Shown here piece after piece: positions 43,088 to 64,000 of a stretch of 64,000 nucleotides of DNA (the stretch's first letter is position 1; each line of letters begins with the position of its first letter). Position numbers and translations under genes: made by a program. Location of the stretch: assembly GCF_009914755.1 (NCBI RefSeq), contig NC_060941.1. One strand, 5' to 3'. The DNA is from the human T2T-CHM13v2.0 reference genome, Homo sapiens. A model generated the notes under the pieces. That model was not told the DNA's origin. It saw only the letters and a list, made by a program, of their open reading frames with translations, and made no database searches.

Positions 43088-44510
43088 TTTTTGTTCTTTG
43101 TAAAGCTCTTCAGTTCCCGCTCCTTACCCGCTGGGCCCTGCTCTTTCTGCTTTGGAGCAGTTCTTCCTTCAGCAGGGAGCCAGTGTTCTGTGGGTTGGGG
43201 GGTCTCTGCCAGCAGCCAGTTTCAGCCCTGTCTTGCAGGTGGCCTTCGGAGGGACAGGTTGCAGCCCAGGCCCGCCCCCCTCCTTCCTGGAGTGTCTCAC
43301 AGACTCAGGGGACACTGGCCCTCCAGGCCCTGCTTCCCCCAAGGTTTCCATCCATCGCCTCTTGATTCTTGGTAATCGGGAGCCGATGGATGCAACTCAT
43401 CTCGGTTTACACTGAGTGAGACAGGCGCTGTGGGCACAGCCAAGTCTGCGGGACTCAGTCAGGTGTGAGCCTGGATGGCCCCGGACAAGGAAGCCTGTCC
43501 TCTTGCTGGGAAATTTCCGTTAAGATCGGGCCACTTCCCCTGCTTCCTAACGGTTGAGTCTGTTTGCTCTGGGCCTTTTAAGCCCAGCGTGATCCCTCTG
43601 AGTCCCTGCGGTGCATCTGCGCCATCTCCACGCTTCCTGTTGAGCCCCAGCCCAGGCTTGGTGCGGGCAGTGCTGCACTGCACTCTCCTGGTTGCCTCCT
43701 GAGCACCTCCACCCGCTTCCCCACCAGGCGTGGCTGTGTTTTCACCCCCAGTGTCCATCTGGCACCCTTCTCGATTGCCAGGTAGTTACGGTCTGTGTGG
43801 GCAACACCTGAGGGACCCAACCAAACCAAGGTCCAGGACACACTTCCGGGCAGGGGTACCGCCTCTGGTTAGCTGCTCACTCCCCAGCCCAAATCTTCCG
43901 CTGATGACTTCTGGGGTCAGAGGCCACCTGAGGGTCTAGAAAACAGTCTCCTCCAGTTGGCTGATTTAAACAAATAGCCTACCTGCCTACGTTGGGGTTA
44001 CGGCCCAATAAACCCACAGCCAAGCTGAAAATCCTAAGTGTGCGTCTTGCGCTTCCGACACAGCCAGGGCATCGCTGGATGCGCAGAGGCAGGGCTGGAC
44101 ACATTCTGGTGCTTGAGGGGTTCCAGGGACCACGAGTTGTTTTTCCGGTGCTCCTCACCCTTCGCCCTGGAGGGTGGGGGAGGCCGGACAGCAGTGACCA
44201 AGCTGGAGCTGCAGGTCTTCATCCCTGTGGCCCAGCCCTAAAGCAGCCTTGGGGACTTAAATTTCATTTTGCCCAGCAGGTGCACCTGGGCCAGGAACAC
44301 ACCAGCGCCTCCTTGTTCTTCGCAGGGAAGTGGAATCCAAGCAGGGGCCCAGATGCAGGCAGGCATCTCCTGGGAACAAGAGCCCCAGAATCCACCCCGG
44401 GGCCCCACTTCCAGGGTGGTTGCCTGGGGCGTCTGGTCAGAGCCAGACCAGAACTGAGCAGGAGCTTCCGGGCATCTGTGTGTGGGAAGGGAGAGGCAAG
44501 TCCTTCCTAA

Positions 44511-44742
<232 letters not shown>

Positions 44743-44749
44743 TCCCGAA

Positions 44750-45342
44750 GCCGGTTTTCTGTTCTCTTGCAGCTGGGCCGGGGCTGAGCCCTCGGTGGGG
44801 GCAGGGGTTGCAGACCTGTGGACGCAGGGCCCACGCCGCACACACGTGGCCCCCGCCAGGTGACTCACGAGCCAGCGCCTGCGCGGCGGGGTGGCCACCG
44901 GGTGCAGGTTCAGGGCCAGGGGCCGGGCCTCCTGGGGATTGGCAGGGCGCCCGCCGCGGTCCCATGTGCCTGGGGCCGGTCCCCGGGCGGTGGCCTTCGG
45001 CCCTGCGCTCCGGCCTGGAGAAGGGAGGACGCCAGGGGTCCGGGGGAGTGGAGGCGGCCACGCAGCAGCCCCGGAGCACCCGCGCGTCCGCAGGCCGGGC
45101 CCACCGCGCTCGGCGCCCCTCGCGGCCGCTTTAAGGCGCCGGGCCCGCCTCAATCGCAGGGGGCGTGGCCTAGCGGTCCCGCCCCCGGGGCGCGCGCGCG
45201 CATTGGCTGTGCGGGGTGCGGGCGCGCGGGCGGCGCTTTGAACCGGGCGCGGGGCGCGGGGCGCGGGGCGCTGCGGCCGGTACACGCCGGGGTAGGGCCG
45301 GGGTCGGGTTGTGGTCGGGCCGGGATTGGGCTCTCCTGGGCC
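44750..45342 (+). promoter_or_regulatory. SLC25A10 CpG-island promoter
   Basis: CpG-dense; GC boxes; AP-1-like TGACTCA at 44861; inverted CCAAT (ATTGG) at about 45202; G-run arrays. Confidence 0.8.
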
Positions 45343-53006
<7,664 letters not shown>

Positions 53007-53920
53007 CCAGCCGTGGGAATGGCTGGGCTGCCAGGCCAGACACGCTAGGTTCTTCCAAAGAGTCCCAAGCCCAGCACCTGCTCCTGGGGCCACGACCTCC
53101 CTGGCCGTGGCCACCCATCCTCCGCAGCAGGCCCCTGCTGTCCCCCCACCTGCTGGCTGAGCTCCTCCTGGCCTCGTCCCCTCTCAGCTGTAGCTGCACC
53201 ACCCCCGCTCTGGCTACCAGGCTCTCCCGGCTGGGCACTGCGTGGCCTTGCCCCTCTCCCGCTGGCAGCTCCTCAGGGGAACAGGGGCTACCAGAGGCTG
53301 ATTTCTCCCCTCTCCTGGGCCAGGGGAGGGGTATTATCCCTGCCTCCTGCCCCCGATGCCCAAAGCAGCATCTTCCAGCACTTTCCATCGAGGACTTGGG
53401 TGGCAGAGTGTGGGTGCAGCCTGGCTGTTGCTCACCCAAGTGCTAGCTCTGCACTTCGTGTCTGCTGAGAGCAACCAGACCTTCCATGTCCTCGGGCAGC
53501 TGCAACTCCCCGCGAGACCCCGCAGCTGGGTGGGATGAACAAGCAACGCAGACCACAAGCGAGTGCCTGGGAGGGAGTGGCCCAGAGTGGTTCTGGAGCC
53601 ATTGTGGGTGAGGGTCGAGGGCCACCGAGGTCCCTCGCACCGCTGCCTGCCCTGCAGTGGCTTTAACAGTTAGTTTTGCCAAAGCCTCTCCACTCACCAG
53701 CAGGCGGTCTCTGTCTTCAGGGATTGTGCCTGCGTCCCTCGGGCACCTGGGCCCCCCCACTTGGCTCCCTGGGGGAATGGCCCAGGCGGGCCGCGGTTCC
53801 TCCTTAGGGCCTTCTCCCCGACAAGGAGTCCGACGGGGCGGATGCTGCATCCTCTGCCTCCCTGGTCGCTGGGCTTCACCCCACCTGGGAAGGGCAGTGT
53901 GCTCTGTGGGGGCTGCAATC

Positions 53921-53926
53921 AATAAA
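53921..53926 (+). terminator. SLC25A10 poly(A) signal AATAAA
   Basis: About 915 nt after the stop codon. Confidence 0.85.
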
Positions 53927-54703
53927 TGCCGGGAGCTGCCACATCTGTTCCTGCCTGCGCTGCCTGCCCGCTGGCTGCCTTGCTGTCCAGACCAGCAGGA
54001 CCCCCTGCACCCCCTAAGGAGGACCGGGCCAAGGCCTTTTGGGGAGGAGCCAGGGTCCTCGCTGTGCATTTGGATGAAGGAATTGGGGAAGTAGGAGGAA
54101 CCAAAACCGGTGTGGGGGGAAGGGAACAAGACGGTGAGGCTGGGGTTGAGGGTCTCAGACACAGGATCTGGCTCTGTCATTCAGACTGGAGTGCAGTGGC
54201 ACGATCTTGGCTTACTAACCTGGGCCTCCTGGGCTCAAACCAGTCTTCTACCTCAGCCTTCCAAGTAGCTGGTGCTATGGGCGTGCACCATCATACCTGG
54301 CTAATTTTTGTATGTTTTTGTAGAGTTGGAGTCTCACAATGTTACCCAGGCTGGTCCCAAACTTCTGAGCTCAGGGGATCTGCCCATTTTGGCCTCCCAA
54401 AGATGCCCTTTTTTTTTTTTTTTTTAAGACAGGGTCTTACTGTGTCACTCAGGCTGGAGTGCAGTGGCGCAAACAGCCTGTAGTCCCAGCTACTTGGAAG
54501 GCTGCGGTGGGATCCTTTAAGCCTGCAAGTTCGAGGCTGCAGGGAGCTATGATCGCACCACTGCACTCCAGCCTGGGTGACAGAGCGAGACCCCATTTCA
54601 AAAAAAGAATGTAATGGTGGGCCGGGTGTGATCTCTCATACTTGTAATCCCAGCACTGTGGGAGGCTGAGGCAAGATCTCTTGAGCCCAGGAATTCGAGA
54701 CTA

Positions 54704-54937
<234 letters not shown>

Positions 54938-55519
54938 TCAGTGCTCAAGTTTCTCTGACTGCCATGTGCATTTTGTGAAGAGCTGGTTTTGTTTGAACTG
55001 GGGACCAGTGGGAGCTCTGAGGTTTGTACATGGTACCCAGTGCCCAGGTTGGAAATTCACACCCAGGGAGTGGCTGGGTAGGTTCAGGGGGAAGGCTGCT
55101 GCTTCCTGAGAAACCAGGTGGTTCAGAAAGGCAGCTCTAGCCAGCAAATCCCAAAATCTGCAGATGGAGGGACCACATTCTCAGAGCTGCTTTGATGGGA
55201 GCCCTGGAGGAAGCGGCCATCATGACAGGGCACCGGGGCCACCCCAGAGGCTGGCATCACCCCCAGCCCCTCCCTGCAGTCAGCCCCACTGGGACAGTGC
55301 CAGTCAGGGGATGAAAGTGCCCAGTCTGGTTTGGCAGGGCCAGGCCTGGCAGTGGGCCACCACAGGGCAGGGTGCAGAGGGTGGGGTGGGAGAGGAGGCC
55401 AGTGGGCAGGGCTCCTTACCCACCCTCCACAGAAGCCACAGCTCCCCAGGTCCAGGGCACAGGCCCAGGGTGGGGGTAGGTCAGAGGGGATGTCAGTCCT
55501 GTGGTTTCATGGCCCTTAA

Positions 55520-55792
<273 letters not shown>

Positions 55793-56029
55793 TGAGTAGC
55801 TGGGACTACAGGTGCACATCACCAAGCCTGGCTCCTTTTTGTATTTTTAGTAGAGACGAGGTTTCACCATGTTGGCCAGGCTGGTCTCAAACTCCTGACC
55901 TCAAGTGATCCACCCCCTTCAGCCTCCCAAAAGTTCTGGGATTACAGGCATGAGCCGCCGCATCCAGCCTCCATGCATTTTTTTAAGTGACTTCATAGTT
56001 TACAAAAAGTTACACAATAATCATTTATT

Positions 56030-56850
<821 letters not shown>

Positions 56851-56939
56851 GGAGATGGGCGTGGTGGTGCGTGCCTGTAGTCCCAGCTACCCAGGAGTCT
56901 AAGGTGGAAAGATCACTTGAGCCCCGTAGTTCAAGACTA

Positions 56940-57233
<294 letters not shown>

Positions 57234-57244
57234 TTAGAAGTTCA

Positions 57245-57472
<228 letters not shown>

Positions 57473-58153
57473 TTAGGAGCACATACTGAGGTGGTAAAAC
57501 AAAAAAGGGGAAACAGTCCCCATAAAGTCAGAAGGGTGTGGGTTGGGAAACCTGTAACTGGGAGGTGGCACCAGTGGCTTCTGGAAGCTTCTGGAACACT
57601 GGTTCTGCTCCCCACTATGGCCTGAGCGTCTGCCTTATCATCAATCACTTGGCTCTCCATATTTTCTTTTTTTTTTTTTTTTTTTTTTTTTGAGACGAAG
57701 TTTTGCTCTTTTTGCCCAGGCTGGAGTGCAGTGGTACGATCTCCAACCTCTGCCTCCCGGGAGGTATGATCACTGCAATCTCTGCCTCCCGGGTTCAAGC
57801 GATTCTCTTTTCTCAGCCTCCCAAGTAGCTGGCATTACAGGCATGCGCCACCATGCCCGGCTAATTTTTGTATTTTTAGTAGAGACAGGGTTTTGCCATG
57901 TTGGCCAGGCTGGTCTCGAACTCCTGACCTCAGGTGATCCACCTGCCTTGGCCTCCCAAAGTGCTGAGATTTTAGGTGTGAGCCACCACGCCCAGCCTGA
58001 AGCTCATACTTTAAAAATATTTTTTTGTGTGTGGCCGAGGGCAGTGGCTCACTCCTGTAATCCCAGCACTTTGGGAGACTGAGGTGGGCCGATCATCTGA
58101 GGTCAGAAGTTCAAGACCAGCCTCACCAACATGGAGAAAGCTCGTCTCTACTA

Positions 58154-58312
<159 letters not shown>

Positions 58313-58746
58313 TCAAAAAAAACAAAAAATAACAATAATTATTATTATTTTTGAGATGGGGTCTCGCTTTGTCACCCAGGCTGGAGTGAGATGGCACAAT
58401 AATAGCTCACTGCAGCTTGAACTTCTAGGCTGAAGCGATCCTCTGGCCTTGGCCTCCCATAGCCCTGGGACAGCAGGCATGAGCCATGGCCCAGCTGGTT
58501 TTCTGAAGTTATGGAGATTTTTATTGCAGTCTCGTACCCGCTACACTTTTGTGAACCGCTGCATGCACGTCTGAAAAGAACACGTGTTGTCTCTTGGTTA
58601 CACAGCTTAATTTGGGTATTCATGACTTTTTGATTAGGCATGCTAATTGTAATGTGCAAATCTTCTTTTTTTTTTTTTTTTTTTTTTTTTTTTGAGGCAA
58701 GGTTTCGCTCTTATTGCCCAGGCTGGGGTTCAATGGCTCGGTCTAG

Positions 58747-58977
<231 letters not shown>

Positions 58978-59337
58978 TAATGTTTAAATCTTCTATGTCC
59001 TTGCTTGGTTATGTTGAGCCAACCTTGTAAATTCTGAGATTGCGTGTGAAAGGTTCTCCCTGTGGTTCTGGATCTGTCCAATCCTCTGTGCACCTCACAG
59101 TCCTTCCTGACGTGATCCAGCTCCGTGTCTGCGCTTGCCGCTTTAGTCTCAGGTAAACATCTTAGTGGCACAGAGCCCACCAGTCTGCCCAGACAGGGGA
59201 GAGGCGGGTGAGTGGTGGCAAACCATGTGACCCAGTTCTTTTTTTTTTTTGAGATGGAGTTTCGCTCTTGTCGCCCAGGCTGGAGTGCAGTGGCATCATC
59301 TTGGCTCACTGTAACCTCCACCTCCTGGTTCAAGTGA

Positions 59338-59616
<279 letters not shown>

Positions 59617-59766
59617 TGATGGTCACACAGTTACGTTTGGCAGACCATTCTTTTTTTCAGTGATGGAATATTCTTCTAGGTCCTATGTAATCATTGTTGT
59701 TTTCACTTCTATTTTGTCTGATGTTAATATCACTGTACCTGCCTTATGTTCTACCTTTCCGGGTCA

Positions 59767-60065
<299 letters not shown>

Positions 60066-60149
60066 CTACAGAGCTAAACTGTCTCAAAAATAAATAAAGT
60101 AATAAAATAATAAAATAAATAGTCACGTGATGCTTCAGGTCATCTGACA

Positions 60150-60575
60150 TCCTGCCCCCCACCCCTTAGTAAAATGCCTGCTGTTTTATTCAAGCAGCTA
60201 CCACCCCACCCCAGTCCTTGGGCCTCAAGGGCACCAGGGCCTGACCCCAGCTCCCAGCATGAATAGGGTTGGTTTAAACCAGTCGGCATGGCCCACAGTG
60301 ACTGGTTTAGGCATGGGCCTGTCACCCACACTGGGCCAATGATATGTAAGATGTTTATTGTAGCTTCCGGGATGGAAACTTCTCTGCCAGCTTGTGGGTT
60401 GGGCAAGGACGACACTCCGGGCCCTACCGGCGGAAGCTCTGCTCCTGTCGTGCGTGGACCACGCAGCAAATGGCCTTGGAGGCTGCTGGCAGCCATCTTG
60501 TGACCATGAGGCAAGTCAGCGCGGGCCGAAGCCGACGACGCGAAGACAATGAGGAGAGGGAGAAAGAGCCGATCT
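60150..60575 (+). mobile_element. Old MLT1 (J/K-like) LTR remnant
   Basis: gactggtttaggcatgggcctgtcaccca…gggccaatga…gcagccatcttgtgaccatgagg. Confidence 0.55.
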
Positions 60576-61835
60576 TTGGTGTGTATTGGCTGTGACGTGC
60601 TGCCGCCTCTCTGGAGACCGGGTTCATTATACTTTTCCTGGTATCTTCTCATGTTTGCTCTGCTGGCTTTGGGCCCGAGTTTTACCTCCTGGGTGTATTG
60701 TGTGTGCCTGTTTTGTGGTGTTGATTTTGCTCCTGGGTTTGTTGACTCTTGGGTGTCTGCTCTTTTTTTTTTTTTTTTTTTTTTGGGACAGAGTCTCACG
60801 CTGTCACCCAGGCTGGAGTGCAGTGACCTGATCTTGGCTCACTGCAGCCTCTACCTCCTGGGTACAAGCGATTCTTCTGCCTCGGCCTCCTGAATAGCTG
60901 GGATTACAGGTGCCTGCCACGGCTAATTTTTTTACTTTTAGTAGAGATGGGGTTTTGCCATGTTGGCTAGGCTGGTCTTGAACTCTTAACCTCAGGTGAT
61001 CTGCCCACCTCCGCCTCCCAAAGTGCTAGGATTTATAGGCATGAGTCACCGTATCCAGCATTTTTTGCTTGTTTGTTTGTTTTGAGACGGAGTCTCGCTG
61101 TGTCACCCAGGCTGGAGTGCAGCGGTGTGATCTCGGCTCACTGCAAGCTCCGCCTCCCAGGTTCACACCATCCTCCTGCCTCAGCCTCCTGAGTTGAGTA
61201 TCTGGGACTGCAGGCGCCCGCCACCACGCCCGGCTAATTTTTTTGTATTTTTTAGTAGAGACGGGGTTTCACCGTGTTAGCCAGGATGGTCTCCGATCTC
61301 CTGACCCGGTGATCCACCTGCCTCGGCCTCCCGAAGTGCTGGGATTACAGGCGTGAGCCACCGCACCTGGCCAGCTCTAGCTGGTTTTACGGGTGAATTT
61401 TTACCAAACATTCATGGAACAGAAAAATCCGTGTCTTGAAATTTTCACAGAAGGCTAGCATGATCTCAACTCCAAAATGAAAATTAAGACACATCTGTTT
61501 CATGACTGTAGATGTAGAAAGCCTAGATAAACTATTAATAAATTGAAGTCAGCTGCATATAAGAAATGTCAGACCTCATGATCACGTAGGGGTTATATCA
61601 GAATTTCAATGTCAGGAAACTAACTAATGTTATCTGCATGTTACATTAAGAGTAAAGGAGGCTGGGCGTGGTGGCTCACGCCTGTAATCCCAGCACTTTG
61701 GGAGGCCGAGGCAGGCGGATCACCTGAGCTCAGGAGTTCAAGACCAGCCTGGCCAACATGGTGAAACCCCGTCTCTAGTAAAAATACAAAAATTAGCCCG
61801 GCATCATGGAGTGTGCCTGTAGTCCCAGCTACTCA

Positions 61836-61955
<120 letters not shown>

Positions 61956-61992
61956 TTAAAGAATAAAATTTCTGCAGGCATCTCAACAGCTA

Positions 61993-62145
<153 letters not shown>

Positions 62146-62800
62146 CTAAAAAAATAAGAAAATATTAGGCAAGCATGGTGCATATGTGCACAGGGCGCAC
62201 ACCTGTGGTCCCAGCTACTGGGGGTCTGAGGTGGGAGGATTGCTTGAGCCCAGGAGGTTGAGGCTACAGTGAGCCGTGATGGTGGCCCTGGACTCCAGCC
62301 TGGGCAACAGAGTGCAACCCCGTCTCAAAAAAGAAAAATACTCATTTGCAACTTTTATTTTTTTAATTAAAAAAAATTTTAATTTATTTATATTTTTGGG
62401 GACAGAGTCTCGCTATGTCACCCAGGCTGCAGTGCGATGGCATGATCTCAGCTCACTGCAACCTCCACCTTCTGAGTTCAAGTGATTCTCCTGCCTCAGC
62501 CTCCTGAATAGCTGGAATTACAGGTGACCGCCACCATGCCTGGCTAATTTTTGTATTTTTAGTAGAGACGGGGATTCACCATGTTGGCCAGGCTGGTCTC
62601 GAACTCCTGACCTCGTGATCCACCCATCTCAACCTCCCAAAGTGCTGGGGTTACAGGAGTGAGCCACCGTGCCTGGCCTCATTTGCAATTTTTAAAAATT
62701 GCTTTGCAATGCCGGGCGCGGTGGCTTACGCCTGTAATCTCAGCACTTTGGGAGGCCGAGGTGGGCACATCATGAGGTCAGATCGAGACCATCCTGGCTA

Positions 62801-63016
<216 letters not shown>

Positions 63017-63476
63017 CTAGTAGTAGAAGAACAATTCCTTGATCTGATAAAGAGCATTCCCTTAACAAGATATAGCAAAATTTAAAACCCGTGAATTATA
63101 GAAAAGATACACATTTGATTATATAATATTTTTAAAAATATGCATGGCACAAGACTCTATAAACAAATATACACAATGGAAGCCATGGTGGGAGGTATCG
63201 GCCAGGGCCACGTCTGAGTCCTTGGCAGAGCTGGGTCACGCAGTGAAGAGCTGGGAGGGGCCTGGACAGGGCAGCAGTGGGTCAGGTTTGGGCTTAAAGA
63301 AGACGTCCCAGCTGGTGGTTCTTCAAACAATTAAACATACAGTGGCCGTGCAACCCAGCAATGCCACTCCTAGGTGAGGACCCAAGATAAATGAAGACGT
63401 CCGGCCAGGCGCATTGGCTCACACCTGTAATCCCAGCACTTTGGGAGCCTTAGACAGATGGATCACTTTCAGCTCA

Positions 63477-63710
<234 letters not shown>

Positions 63711-63873
63711 TCAGGAGGCTGAGGCAGAAGCGCTTGAACCTGGGAAGCGGAGGTTGCAGTGAGCCGAGATCACGCCATTGCACTCCAGCCTGGGCAACAA
63801 GATGAAACTCCATCTCAAAAAAAAAAAAAAAAATTAGCTGGGCATCGTTGTCTTGTGCCTGCGGTGCCAGCTA

Positions 63874-63999
<126 letters not shown>

Positions 64000-64000
64000 C

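Noticed and set aside
44773-44859. AG…GT-bounded 87-nt candidate bridging exon upstream of SLC25A10
   Set aside because: In phase 0 it hits TGA at codon 5, so it cannot give an in-frame fusion; no other support.
60140-60893. 219-aa (-) and hydrophobic 114-aa (+) ORFs
   Set aside because: Run across Alu, T-rich and MLT remnants; no splice or promoter support.

Overview
Human genomic DNA (eukaryotic, GC- and Alu-rich), recognisable as the chr17q25.3 gene cluster CCDC137 (+, exons 2-6 only), ARL16 (-), HGS (+, 22 exons, with the intronic mirtron MIR6786), MRPL12 (+) and SLC25A10 (+), followed by about 10 kb of Alu/L1/MLT repeats. Exon structures were rebuilt by hand from splice sites and sum to the expected lengths (HGS 777 aa, MRPL12 198 aa, SLC25A10 287 aa, ARL16 173/197 aa). 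Gene and repeat-family names come from my recall of those sequences, not from a database search. The most interesting signal is at the CCDC137 3' end: three 40-bp SVA-type VNTR units plus an SVA2-like unique tail carrying an ATTAAA, with no poly(A) tail or target-site duplication. This is a candidate source locus for SVA2/SVA VNTRs, and an orphan VNTR piece sits inside an Alu 1.7 kb away. Other notable signals: a U12 AT-AC intron in ARL16, twin 7-codon uORFs made by a tandem repeat upstream of MRPL12, a G-tract acceptor in MRPL12, a weak MRPL12 poly(A) signal with an in-frame route into SLC25A10, a GC-AG intron in HGS, and Alu-derived poly(A) signals for ARL16. Most ORFs in the supplied track are spurious (Alu or GC-rich frames). 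No prokaryote-type systems are present.
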